From Macrostomum hystrix (Eukaryota; Animalia; Platyhelminthes), in assembly GCA_950097015.1 (NCBI GenBank), contig CATNEN010000037.1:1612001-1676000 (forward strand): a DNA stretch of 64,000 bases. The letters are read 5' to 3'. Within the stretch, counting starts at the first letter, position 1, and each line of letters starts with the position of its first letter. A program made the position numbers and the translations under genes. Below are positions 50,001-62,142 of this stretch, one piece after another. The notes beneath the pieces were generated by a model. It was given only the letters and a program-made list of their open reading frames with translations. It was not told the origin of the DNA and did not search any database.

Positions 50001-50965
50001 AGATGAGACACGGGATAGATAAGACACGGGAGAGATGAGACACGGGAGAGATGAGACACAGGAGAGATGAGACACGGGAGAGATGAGACACGGGAGAGAT
50101 GAGACACGGGAGAGATGAGACACGGGAGAGATAAGACACGGGAGAGATGAGACACGGGAGAGATGAGACACGGGAGAGATGAGACACGGGAGAGATGAGA
50201 CACGGGATAGATGAGACACGGGAGAGATGAGACATGGGAGAGATGAGACACGGGAGAGATGAGACATGGGAGAGATGAGACAGCAGAGAGATGAGACAGC
50301 AGAGAGATGAGACGGAGTAGAGATTAGACGGGGTAGAGATGAGACACGAGAGAGATAAGACACGGGATAGATGAGACACGGGATAGATGAGACACGGGAT
50401 AGATGAGACAGCAGAGAGATGAGACAGCAGAGAGATGAGACAGCAGAGAGATGAGACGGGGTAGAGATGAGACACGGGAGAGATGAGACACGGGAGAGAT
50501 GAGACACGGGATAGATGAGACAGCAGAGAGATGAGACACGGGAGAGATGAGACACGGGAGAGATGAGACATGGGAGAGATGAGACACGGGATAGATGAGA
50601 CACGGGAGAGATGAGACACGGGAGAGATTAGACACGGGAGAGATGAGACACGGGAGAGATGAGACACGGGATAGATGAGACACGGGAGAGATGAGACACG
50701 GGAGAGATGAGACACGGGAGAGATGAGACACGGGAGAGATGAGACACGGGAGAGATGAGACACGGGAGAGATTAGACACGGGAGAGATTAGACACGGGAG
50801 AGATTAGACACGGGAGAGGTTAGACACGGGAGAGGTTAGACACGGGAGAGGTTAGACACGGGAGAGATTAGACACGGGAGAGATTAGACACGGGAGAGGT
50901 TAGACACGGGAGAGGTTAGACACGGGAGAGGTTAGACACGGGAGAGGTTAGACACGGGAGAGGTT
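47098..50965. repeat. 3.9-kb 16-bp satellite (GAGATGAGACACGGGA) with 512-bp higher-order repeat
   Basis: The variant marker ggagtagagattagacgggg recurs at 48195, 48787, 49299, 49811 and 50323. Confidence 0.97.
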
Positions 50966-51539
50966 ATTATACACAGTTTGGGATAAGAAAAAACGCAAAC
51001 TTAGGCAGAAATAACAGTACAATATCTGGTACAGCAAGCCAGGAAGGAATTTATGATTAGAGAAGAGACAGGAAAAGAAGCAAAACCGCAAAAGTCTTCT
51101 CTGAGCGTTGGCACGGCAGGGAACTAGGCCAGTCTATTTGCTGATGAGTCACAGTCAGCCCCTGTCTGTTCGAAGAGCTTTCATTTTTCTGTCCATCTGG
51201 TCATGGGCGACAGAAAATGTTCAGTTTTCAAAGCTGCAGCGAAAGGGCAATTAGCAAAGCACAGTAGATTAGAGTGTGAAAAAGCAGATTGAATCCAGGA
51301 AAAGCGGCGTGCAACACTCGAGCGCAGGTTCAGGTTGTAAAACTGGCTCGACAGTCGTGCGGAAGGAACTTTCGAAGTGAAGGACAGAAATGGTTCTAAA
51401 GGCCATCGACACCGGAAATTTGTTTAAGTTTCTACAATTCCAAAGTTTTGCAGCTCGCAATTGTTGATAAATGTTTAATGCGTCTTTCGAGTGACAATAT
51501 TTGAATTGATTGCCAGTTTTCCGAGATGAGAAATATTCT

Positions 51540-51990
51540 AGGTTAGGACGATTCCAGATTTATAGTTTTCCAGATTTTAACGATTCCAGATTTTGGGAAG
51601 ATTCCGGATTTTGACGATTCTAGGTTTGGAAGATTCCGGATTTTGACGATTCCAGGTTTGGAAGATTCCGGATTTTGACGATTCTAGGTTTGGACGATTC
51701 CAGATTTTAACGATTCCAGATTTTAACGATTCCAGATTTTGGGAAGATTCCGGATTTTGACGATTCTAGGTTTGGAAGATTCCGGATTTTGACGATTCTA
51801 GGTTTGGAAGATTCCGGATTTTGACGATTCTAGGTTTGGAAGATTCCGGATTTTGACGATTCTAGGTTTGGAAGATTCCGGATTTTGACGATTCTAGGTT
51901 TGGAAGATTCAGGATTTAGGCGATTCCAGGTTTCGAAAATTCCGGATTTAGGCGATTCCAGATTTGGAAGATTCCGGATTTGGTTGAATC
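51540..51990. repeat. 32-bp minisatellite (gattccggattttgacgattctaggtttggaa)
   Basis: Tandem units read directly. Confidence 0.92.
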
Positions 51991-52911
51991 TGGATTTCGG
52001 CATTGATTTCTCCAAGTATTCTCAATCACTCGACTCTCTCTATCTTTCTCTCGCGAGCAATAAAGACGACAGAGGCAATCACTCACCGGAGCACACGGCG
52101 AGCTCTACATCCATCCACTCCTCAAAGTGGGGATCGCGACGCGAATGAACAACCCAGAGAGGAGAGAGATGAAGATTGAGCGCCCCATCAGGCAGCTGTG
52201 AGCAAACCCTGTGTTAGATGAGGCTGAGGGCTAGGGAGTAAAGCATAGAAGAAATAAGAAGGCCAATTAAAGCCCACATTCTTCGTGAATCTCCTAAGTT
52301 TGATATCTCATATACTACTATTCGGCTTATATTAACTATCCCGGCTGAGGATGTTATACACGATTCTGGTGCCACAACCGCTTCCCACTAAATCTCCCAT
52401 CATTTGGGCAATTTTGCAGCAGGAAAAAAGCAAAAATAAAACTGGAAGGAGGTCGAGGGCAAGGGCGAAACTCGGAGCCGAATTTCTTCTAGCAACAGGT
52501 CGGCAAACCCAATTAGCCTGCCGTGTAGAAGCGAAAGACACAGAGATAGTCGGTGTGTTGCTGCCGCCCCAGCACAATCTGCTTTTAAGGCCAGCAGAAC
52601 GGCAGGCATTTCCTCCGCTAAGATGATAAAGTGTTGTTGTCCCGAAGAAGCCTACCGTGTACTATTCCGGGGGATGCGCGAAATTTCAAGTATCTTTACA
52701 GTGAGGGTTTGCGGTGAATGCTTGGGCACCTGACACACTACATGTGCAGCTGCAGCTGTGAGGATAATTTGTTGGATTGTAGATACTCGTAGGATGAAAA
52801 TGAAAGAGGAATAGTATAACAGACGGGCGATGGGATTCAACTGGGAGAACAGGAAGAGGAGGTAAGTATGAGAGGATGAGGAGGGAGAAGAGGAAAGAGG
52901 AGAAGAGGAAG

Positions 52912-53191
52912 AAGGTCCCTGAGGTCGATTCCACGGCGAGGCCACATTCATTTGGGTCGCAGCCGCGTAGAGAAGGCTTGGGGGCTTGTCGTGCAATTTA
53001 AGCCCATGAGGGCCAACCTCCAAGGCACTGTGAAAGTGTACACTGCCTGACAATGTTAAATTCAGGGCAGATGTACACACCTGTATGAGTGTGTGCCTGC
53101 GTACGGTATCTGTGTGCGTGTGTGCTCAGGAGTCAGCACAATGGGCAGAATTGCCTCCTCGCTGGCTGCAGGTCTAGTGTCACCAAATGAT
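52912..53191 (+). mobile_element. SINE family 2 copy (5'-truncated)
   Basis: Matches 57485-57760 from aaggtccct onward. Confidence 0.85.
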
Positions 53192-53659
53192 TGACTGCAA
53201 TTTGAATTTAGATCCAACAGTGCAAATGAAAGCATGAATTTGAAAAGAAATGTATAAAAAAGTATTACAATTTTAGGCGTTTTATTATGTAAATCCGTTA
53301 AAATTCAGATGAAGTCTTTGTTGATGAATGACCCAACCAGTATATTTGCATGCGAAAGTCGTTGAAGACGACTATAAGCAGCTTTATGACGTCATTATAG
53401 GTTTCATATTAAAGGTAAAATTACCTCAATGATAAATATATTCAGTCAGATAGTTTCTAAACTTGCACAAATTTCATCTAGCTACTTTTAGTAGTTTTGA
53501 TGAAGGCACAATTTCGCAACAAAATAATATCATAAAGCGATAGCAAACAGAGTTTATTTTCAAGCGATAAATAGGAGTTTAGTTTAAAACACAACTGTGT
53601 ACCAGTTTGTAGCTATGCAGAATTCCGCTTCTGTCTCGATTTCAACAGGTCGGAAGATT

Positions 53660-53713
53660 TCAATCGAAGGTCACACCCATCCTAATTAGGGCAACAATGG
53701 CAAATACTGCCTT
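53660..53713 (-). CDS. MYLK: MLCK-like kinase, exon 9 (terminal; CaM-binding helix)
   Basis: cttgcAG acceptor; KAVFAIVALIRMGVTFD*. With exon 8 it gives RRKWHKAVFAIVALIRMG, resembling the smMLCK CaM-binding segment. Confidence 0.8.
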   Translation of the reverse strand, partial: KAVFAIVALIRMGVTFD

Positions 53714-53859
53714 CTGCAAGTGTGTTGTCAAGCATTAGGGTGGAACATTTTAACAAGATTATATATTTTTCAGAAAACTTATCAGAAGAACATTTAACCT
53801 TCCTTTCTTCCGCGCTTCCTTTCGGTTTTCCTCACCTTCTGACCCTCTCCCATTGTCTT

Positions 53860-55313
53860 CTTCAATTTCGTCCCTAACCTCTGTGTCTTCTTCCCTTTCT
53901 TCCCCTACCTCTGTGTCTTCTTCCCTTTCTTCCCCTACCTCTGCGTCTTCTTCCATTTCCTCCCTACCTCTGTGTCTTCTTCCCTTTCTTCCCCTACCTC
54001 TGCGTCTTCTTCCATTTCCTCCCTACCTCTGTGTCTTCTTCCCTTTCTTCCCCTACCTCTGCGTCTTCTTCCATTTCCTCCCTACCTCTGTGTCTTCTTC
54101 CCTTTCTTCCCCTACCTCTGCGTCTTCTTCCATTTCCTCCCTACCTCTGTGTCTTCTTCCCTTTCTTCCCCTACCTCTGCGTCTTCTTCCATTTCCTCCC
54201 TACCTCTGTGTCTTCTTCCCTTTCTTCCCCTACCTCTGCGTCTTCTTCCATTTCCTCCCTACCTCTGCGTCTTCTTCCATTTCCTCCCTACCTCTGTGTC
54301 TTCTTCCCTTTCTTCCCCAACCTCTGCGTCTTCTTCCATTTCTTCCCCTACCTCTGTGTCTTCTTCCCTTTCTTCCCCTACCTCTGTGTCTTCTTCCCTT
54401 TCGTCCCCAACCTCTGTCTTCTTCCCTTTCTTCCCCTACCTCTGTGTCTTCTTCCCTTTCTTCCCCTACCTCTGCGTCTTCTTCCATTTCCTCTCTACCT
54501 CTGTGTCTTCTTCCCTTTCTTCCCCTACCTCTGCGTCTTCTTCCATTTCCTCCCTACCTCTGTGTCTTCTTCCCTTTCTTCCCCTACCTCTGCGTCTTCT
54601 TCCATTTCCTCCCTACCTCTGTGTCTTCTTCCCTTTCTTCCCCAACCTCTGCGTCTTCTTCCATTTCTTCCCCTACCTCTGTGTCTTCTTCCCTTTCTTC
54701 CCCTACCTCTGTGTCTTCTTCCCTTTCTTCCCCAACCTCTGTGTCTTCTTCCCTTTCTTCCCCTACCTCTATGTCTTCTTCCCTTTCTTCCCCTACCTCT
54801 GCGTCTTCTTCCCTTTCTTCCCCTACCTCTGCGTCTTCTTCCCTTTCCTCCCCTACCTCTGCGTCTTCTTCCCTTTCTTCCCCTACCTCTGTGTCTTCTT
54901 CCCTTTCTTCCCCTACCTGTGCATCTTCTTCCCTTTCTTCCCCTACCTCTGTGTCTTCTTCCCTTTCTTCCCCTACCTCTGCGTCTTCTTCCCTTTCTTC
55001 CCCTACCTCTGTGTCTTCTTCCCTTTCTTCCCCTACCTGTGCATCTTCTTCCCTTTCTTCCCCTACCTCTGCGTCTTCTTCCCTTTCTTCCCCTACCTCT
55101 ATGTCTTCTTCCCTTTCTTCCCCTACCTCTATGTCTTCTTCCCTTTCTTCCCCTACCTCTATGTCATCTTCCCTTTCTTCCCCTACCTCTGCGTCTTCTT
55201 CCCTTTCTTCCCCTACCTCTGTGTCTTCTTCCCTTTCTTCCCCTACCTCTATGTCTTCTTCCCTTTCTTCCCCTACCTCTGTGTCTTCTTCCCTTTCTTC
55301 CCCTACCTCTGTG
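53860..55313. repeat. 29/30-bp minisatellite (ctctgtgtcttcttccctttcttcccctac), MLCK intron 8
   Basis: Tandem units read directly. Confidence 0.96.
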
Positions 55314-55394
55314 TGACTTCATTCTGCGATTCGTACGATCTCAAAGCGAAAACTTTTCCCAAAATTCTCGCTGGTCTAGCAGGCTCGAACTCAC

Positions 55395-55472
55395 GTGCCA
55401 CTTTCGCCGGTAGACCCAGCTCCTCAGGCGTCTCTTGCACACGTGACCATCTCTGGCGGTCTTCTCCGGGTT
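55395..55472 (-). CDS. MYLK: MLCK-like kinase, exon 8 (regulatory segment)
   Basis: ccgcAG acceptor; NPEKTARDGHVCKRRLRSWVYRRKWH; GTGAGT donor. Confidence 0.8.
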
Positions 55473-55659
55473 CTGCGGCGGTGACAATGGAGAAATAATA
55501 GCTAGCTTGGATTAGATTCATCCTACTTGCACTTAGTAGTCTATTGCGGGAATATTTAAGTGAGATATATAAGACAACTAAGGGGCGTAAAAAAAGGGGA
55601 AAAGATACAGGGAAGTGGGAGAAAAAAGAGGGTAAGAAGTGGAAAAACGAAGGTGATAG

Positions 55660-56860
55660 AGGGGAGATGCAGGGAAGTGGGAGAGGAAGGAGCGGAAGAT
55701 GCTGGGAAGTGGGAGATGAAGGAGCGGAAGATGCAGGGAAGTGGGAGAGGAAGGAGCGGAAGATGCAGAAAAGTGGGAGATGAAGGAGCGGAAGATGCAA
55801 GGAAGTGGGAGAGGAAGGAGCGGAAGATGCAGGGAAGTGGGAGAGGAAGGAGCGGATGATGCAGGGAAGTGGGAGATGAAGGAGCGGAAGATGCAGGGAA
55901 GTGGGAGAGGAAGGAGCGGATGATGCAGGGAAGCGGGAGAGGAAGGAGCGGAAGATGCAGGGAAGTGGGAGAGGAAGGAGCGGATGATGCAGGGAAGTGG
56001 GAGAGGAAGGAGCGGATGATGCAGGGAAGTGGGAGAGGAAGGAGCGGATGATGCAGGGAAGTGGGAGAGGAAGGAGCGGAAGATGCAGGGAAGTGGGAGA
56101 GAAAGGAGCGGAAGATGCAGGGAAGTGGGGGGAGAAAGGAGCGGATGATGCAGGGAAGTGGGAGAGGAAGGAGCGGAAGATGCAGGGAAGTGGGAGAGGA
56201 AGGAGCGGAAGATGCAGGGAAGTGGGAGAGAAAGGAGCGGAAGATGCAGGGAAGTGGGAGAGGAAGGAGCGGAAGATGCAGGGAAGTGGGAGAGGAAGGA
56301 GCGGAAGATGCAGGGAAGTGGGAGAGGAAGGAGCGGAAGATGCTGGGAAGTGGGAGAGGAAGGAGCGGAAGATGCAGGGAAGTGGGAGAGGAAGGAGCGG
56401 AATATGCAGGGAAGTGGGAGAGGAAGGAGCGGAAGATGCAGGGAAGTGGGAGAGGAAGGAGCGGAAGATGCAGGGAAGTGGGAGAGGAAGGAGCGGAATA
56501 TGCAGGGAAGTGGGAGAGGAAGGAGCGGAAGATGCTGGGAAGTGGGAGAGGAAGGAGCGGAAGATGCAGGGAAGTGGGAGATGAAGGAGCGGAAGATGCA
56601 GGGAAGTGGGAGAGGAAGGAGCGGAAGATGCAGGGAAGTGGGAGAGAAAGGAGCGGAAGATGCAGGGAAGTGGGAGAGAAAGGAGCGGAAGATGCAGGGA
56701 AGTGGGAGAGGAAGGAGCGGAAGATGCAGGGAAGTGGGAGAGAAAGGAGCGGAAGATGCAGGGAAGTGGGAGAGGAAGGAGCGGAAGATGCAGTGAAGTG
56801 GGAGAGGAAGGAGCGGAAGATGCAGGGAAGTGGGAGAGGAAGGAGCGAGCGGAAGATCCA
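55660..56860. repeat. 32-bp minisatellite (gggaagtgggagaggaaggagcggaagatgca), MLCK intron 7
   Basis: Tandem units read directly. Confidence 0.96.
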
Positions 56861-57163
56861 GGGCAGTGGGGGGATGAAAGAGGGAGGTGAAAACTGTTTT
56901 CTGCAATAATGGGCAATATGATAAAGATCCACTGAATGATCCCGTAGAGAAGGATAGACAGAATTGATTTAGGGATCAGAACGTATCATGCACGATAAGG
57001 GCAGCTAAATAGGATAGAAATATTTTGGCAAAAATGTGCAGACAGCATTCCCTTCTACCAAGGCGAGGCAGAAGGGTAGGTAAATATTTATTTGCAGACA
57101 TTTCGGCTGAAGCAAATTAACCAGTTGCTGGTTGTGTGCGCTGCTTCGGGGTGACTGGCCTAC

Positions 57164-57209
57164 CTTGAGCCAGATGTGTTTCAGGCACTGCGAAGCGGTG
57201 TACCGCCGC
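57164..57209 (-). CDS. MYLK: MLCK-like kinase, exon 7
   Basis: ttccAG acceptor; (K)RRYTASQCLKHIWLK, kinase subdomain XI; GTAGGC donor. Confidence 0.85.
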
Positions 57210-57439
57210 CTGGAACAGTGGTGGGCAGAAATTGTGGAATCCGTTAGAAGTACAAACCTATTAGTATGATAGAAACTAATGCGGATTGCACTGTCGCTGC
57301 AGTGACTAATCAGTTTAGAGTGGAACAGAAGTCAAATGCCAGGATTCTGAGGGAGAAATAGATTATTCTAGATAAGAGGGGTTTTACCTATACAACAGGC
57401 AATGCCTTAGTCTACTGATTCCAGTTACCATGCAAACCA

Positions 57440-57801
57440 GGGTCGGTGGCAGAGCGGTCTAACGTGTTTGCCTCTCGCACCAAGGTCCCTAAGTTCGATT
57501 CCACGGCGAGGCCACATTTATTTGGGGCGCAGACGCGGAGAGAAGGCTTGAGGGCTTGTCGTGCAATTTACGCCCATGAGGGCCAACCTCCAAGGTACAG
57601 TGAGAGTGTACACTGCCTGACGATGAGAAAGTCAGGGCAGATGTACACACCTGTGTGAGCGTATGCCTGCGTACAGTGTCTGTGTGCGTGTGTGCTCAGG
57701 TGTCAGCGAAATGGGCAGAATTGCCTCCTCGATGGCTGCAGGTCTAGTGTCGCCAAATGATGTTCCATTGCCCGCAGCCCTCCTGCAATAATTATTTATT
57801 A
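57440..57801 (+). mobile_element. Full-length tRNA-derived SINE (family 2) with 15-bp TSD
   Basis: A box TGGCAGAGCGG, B box GTTCGATTCC, (ATT)-like tail, TSD ttaccatgcaaacca at 57425-57439 and 57802-57816. Confidence 0.93.
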
Positions 57802-58099
57802 TTACCATGCAAACCAACTAATTGGAGCAAAATATGACACAGAAGCTAATGGCTTCCATCGTGCAGCCTGTACCCACAATAAAACCTAGTAAAAAACAAC
57901 AAACTGACTGTCTTTTTCAGCACACTGGTTCGCCATTGCTTCCGCCGCAGTTTCAACTTTCTTTCACTTTATTTTCGACTTTTATTCTTTCCATTTGCAA
58001 ATTTCATTCTTTGAATTTACGACCTTCTCTCTCCATTTTCGAATTTTGTTGTCTACATTTTTAGTTTCATTCCTTTCATTTTAAACCCATCGACTAACT

Positions 58100-59435
58100 T
58101 CTCCCTATTTCGACTTCAATTTCGCTATTGCGACTTCAATTTCTCTTTTGGACTTCAATTTCTCTATTTCGACTTCAATTTCTCTATTTCGACTTCAATT
58201 TCTCTATTTCGACTTCATGTTCTCTATTTCGACTTCAATTTCTCTATTTCGACTTCAATTTCTCTATTTCGACTTCATGTTCTCTATTTCGACTTCAATT
58301 TCTCTATTTCGACTTCATGTTCTCTATTTCGACTTCAATTTCTCTATTTCGACTTCATGTTCTCTATTTCGACTTCAATTTCTCTATTTCGACTTCATGT
58401 TCTCTATTTCGACTTCAATTTCTCTATTTCGACTTCAATTTCTCTATTTCGACTTCAATTTCTCTATTTCGACTTCAATTTCTCTATTTCGACTTCATGT
58501 TCTCTATTTCGACTTCAATTTCTCTATTTCGACTTCAATTTCTCTATTTCGACTTCATGTTCTCTATTTCGACTTCAATTTCTCTATTTCGACTTCAATT
58601 TCTCTATTTCGACTTCAATTTCTCTATTTCGACTTCATGTTCTCTATTTCGACTTCAATTTCTCTATTTCGACTTCATGTTCTCTATTTCGACTTCAATT
58701 TCTCTATTTCGACTTCATGTTCTCTATTTCGACTTCAATTTCTCTATTTCGACTTCATGTTCTCTATTTCGACTTCAATTTCTCTATTTCGACTTCATGT
58801 TCTCTATTTCGACTTCAATTTCTCTATTTCGACTTCATGTTCTCTATTTCGACTTCAATTTCTCTATTTCGACTTCAATTTCTCTATTTCGACTTCAATT
58901 TCTCTATTTCGACTTCAATTTCTCTATTTCGACTTCATGTTCTCTATTTCGACTTCAATTTCTCTATTTCGACTTCATGTTCTCTATTTCGACTTCATGT
59001 TCTCTATTTCGACTTCAATTTCTCTATTTCGACTTCATGTTCTCTATTTCGACTTCAATTTCTCTATTTCGACTTCATGTTCTCTATTTCGACTTCATGT
59101 TCTCTATTTCGACTTCATGTTCTCTATTTCGACTTCAATTTCTCTATTTCGACTTCAATTTCTCTATTTTGACTTTATGTTCTCTATTTCGACTTCATGT
59201 TCTCTATTTCGACTTTATGTTCTCTATTTCGACTTCAATTTCTCTATTTCGACTTCAATTTCTCTATTTTGACTTTATGTTCTCTATTTCGACTTCATGT
59301 TCTCTATTTTGACTTTATGTTCTCTATTTCGACTTCATGTTCTCTATTTCGACTTCATGTTCTCTATTTCGACTTCATGTTCTCTATTTCGACTTCATGT
59401 TCTCTATTTCGACTTCATGTTCTCTATTTCGACTT
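58100..59435. repeat. 20-bp minisatellite (tctctatttcgacttca[att/tgt]), MLCK intron 6
   Basis: Two alternating variants. Confidence 0.96.
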
Positions 59436-59606
59436 ATCTTCCAGCATTTCGAGGTCGTCTCTTCTGGGCGGCTTAGTTACCATTTTCTCTAATTCGAAAC
59501 TACCGAGATTTTCCCTTTTCTCGCGAACAGACACAACTCGAGACCCAGAAGATTATGATTAATCAGTATCTCAGATTAACAAACAAAGACTTATACAAAG
59601 ACTCAC

Positions 59607-59759
59607 TTAGGATCCTTGACTAGCAGCTGTTTGACCAAATCCTTAGCCTCGGCCGAGATTTCGTCGAATTCGGAATAATTGAACGAATACCTGACCCGCG
59701 AGATGTTCGCGTACGTTTCCGAGTCGCGATTGCCCATGAACGGAGATAGGCCAGAGAGG
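59607..59759 (-). CDS. MYLK: MLCK-like kinase, exon 6
   Basis: (L)LSGLSPFMGNRDSETYANISRVRYSFNYSEFDEISAEAKDLVKQLLVKDP; AG/GT boundaries in phase. Confidence 0.9.
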
Positions 59760-59814
59760 CTGGCATGGGATAAATTAGCATTGCTATATTTTCCCCTTCA
59801 CTCTCCGATTTCTC

Positions 59815-60720
59815 CCCTCCAATTCTCCTCTCCCATTCTATTCCCCTCTCCCATTCTATTCCCCTCTCCCATTCTATTCCCCTCTTCCGTTCTATTACCC
59901 TCTCCCATTCTATTCCCCTCTCCCATTCTATTCCCCTCTCCCATTCTATTCCCCTCTCCCATTCTATTCCCCTCTTCCGTTCTATTACCCTCTCCCATTC
60001 TATTCCCCTCTCCCATTCTATTCCCCTCTCCCATTCTATTCCCCTCTTACGTTCTATTACCCTCTCCCATTCTATTCCCCTCTCCCATTCTATTCCCCTC
60101 TTACGTTCTATTACCCTCTCCCATTCTATTCCCCCTGTCCCATTCTATTCCCCTCTTTCATTCTATTCCCCCTCTCGCCATTCTATTCCCCTCTATCATT
60201 CTATTCCCCTCTCCCATTCTATTCCACCTCTCCCATTCTATTCCCCTCTCCCATTCTATTCCCCTCTTACGTTCTATTACCCTCTCCCATTCTATTCCAC
60301 CTCTCCCATTCTATTCCCCTCTCCCATTCTATTCCCCTCTTCCTTTCTATTACCCTCTCCCATTCTATTCCACCTCTCCCATTCTATTCCCCTCTTTCAT
60401 TCTATTCCCCCTCTCGCCATTCTATTCCCCTCTATCATTCTATTCCCCTCTCCTATTCTATTCCATTCTTCCTTTCTATTACCCTCTCCCATTCTATTCC
60501 ACCTCTCCCATTCCATTCCCCTCTTTCATTCTATTCCCCCTCTCGCCATTCTATTCCCCTCTATCATTCTATTCCCCTCTCCTATTCTATTCCATTCTTC
60601 CTTTCTATTACCCTCTCCCATTCTATTCCCCTCTCCCATTCCATTTCCTTCTCCCATTCTTTTCCCCTCTCCCATTCTTTTCCCCTCTCCCAATCTTTCC
60701 CACTCTCCCATTCCATTCGC
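59815..60720. repeat. 18-bp minisatellite (ccattctattcccctctc), MLCK intron 5
   Basis: Tandem units read directly. Confidence 0.94.
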
Positions 60721-60813
60721 CTGCCCAATTCTATTCCACTCTCACATTTTCTCCTTCTATTCAAATTCGACAGCTCTCCGATTCCCAGATCCCAGGCAAG
60801 TGTCGGCACTCAC

Positions 60814-61007
60814 AGCACATAGCAGATGACGCCAACAGACCACATGTCTGCAGGCGGTCCAACAGGATCATATGCCAGGACTTCGGGCAACACGAACTCA
60901 GGTGTGCCGAACATCACCCTGAGGTTTGGCCCGTTGGGTCGGGACAGGCCGAAGTCGATGATCTTGATGCGGTATCCAGTGCGAGTCAAGCACAGAATGT
61001 TCTCCGG
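60814..61007 (-). CDS. MYLK: MLCK-like kinase, exon 5 (DFG and activation loop)
   Basis: PENILCLTRTGYRIKIIDFGLSRPNGPNLRVMFGTPEFVLPEVLAYDPVGPPADMWSVGVICYV. Confidence 0.92.
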
Positions 61008-61064
61008 CTGGCGGAGCAGTTAGCAGATCAGGGGAGAGTTCTCAAATTGTCGAATGTCGATAGC

Positions 61065-61655
61065 TATAGATCCCTAATTGATCTCTATAGATCCCTAGTT
61101 GACCTCTATAGATCCCTAGTTGATTTCTATAGATCCCTAGTTGATTTCTATAGACCCCCAGTTGATTTCTATAGATCCCTAGTTGATTTCTATAGATCCC
61201 TAGTTGATCTCTATAGATCTCTAGTTGATCTCTATAGATCCCTAGTTGATTTCTATAGATCCCTAGTTGATTTCTATAGATCCCTAGTTGATTTCTATAG
61301 AAGCTGTTACTATAGACCTCACTCTGATTCCAATAGATCTCACCCTGATTCCAATAGATCTCACCCTGATTCCAATAGATCTCACCTTGATTCCAATAGA
61401 TCTCACCCTGATTCCAATAGATCTCACCCTGATTCCAATAGATCTCACCCTGATTCCAATAGATCTCACCCTGATTCCAATAGATCTCACCCTGATTCCA
61501 ATAGATCTCACCCTGATTCCAATAGATCTCACCTTGATTCCAATAGATCTCACCCTGATTCCAATAGATCTCACCCTGATTCCAATAGATCTCACCCTGA
61601 TTCCAATAGATCTCACCCTGATTCCAATAGATCTCACCCTGATTCCAATAGATCT
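61065..61655. repeat. Two adjacent 21-bp minisatellites (tatagatccctagttgatttc; tagatctcaccctgattccaa), MLCK intron 4
   Basis: Arrays at ~61065-61305 and ~61318-61655. Confidence 0.94.
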
Positions 61656-61702
61656 ATTATAAACAGATCGTAACGATAATAAACTTTTGTTTTTTTGTCA
61701 AC

Positions 61703-61844
61703 CTTTAGATCCAGGTGGACCACATTCTGCTGATGAATATATTCGATGCCTTCGCAGATTTCTCGCATAAATTTCTCGCACTTTGCCTCCGTCAGATCGA
61801 AGCTCTCGTCAATCACTCGGTCAAACAGTTCTCCACCTGTGATG
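61703..61844 (-). CDS. MYLK: MLCK-like kinase, exon 4
   Basis: ITGGELFDRVIDESFDLTEAKCEKFMREICEGIEYIHQQNVVHLDLK, typical of MLCK. Confidence 0.93.
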
Positions 61845-61923
61845 CTGCAATGGCGAGTAAGGTATTTACTGTCAACATGTTTTACGGGCAAATAAAAATG
61901 GTCAACTAAAAAAGTTGACTCAC

Positions 61924-62127
61924 AGCTCTAGAATGAGCACGTAGACATTGCCAAGAAAATATGCGTCGTACAGTTGCAGCAGGCGCGGGTGCTTCAACCG
62001 TTTCATGATGGCGATTTCGTTTGCCACGCTCTCCTTCTCATCGTCTGTTCCGGCTTTCACGTACTTGGCAGCGAACTGCTTGGAGGTCGATTTCTCGGTG
62101 CACTTGCGCACCTCGCCGAAACGACCG
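61924..62127 (-). CDS. MYLK: MLCK-like kinase, exon 3
   Basis: GRFGEVRKCTEKSTSKQFAAKYV...VANEIAIMKRLKHPRLLQLYDAY...LILE. Confidence 0.93.
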
Positions 62128-62142
62128 CTGAGGATTGAGGCA

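Noticed and set aside
47048-50779. Cys/His/Ser-rich ORFs up to 883 aa
   Set aside because: Translations of the 16-bp satellite.
53853-60809. Long ORFs on both strands inside MLCK introns
   Set aside because: They coincide with intronic minisatellites; the MLCK exons splice in frame without them.
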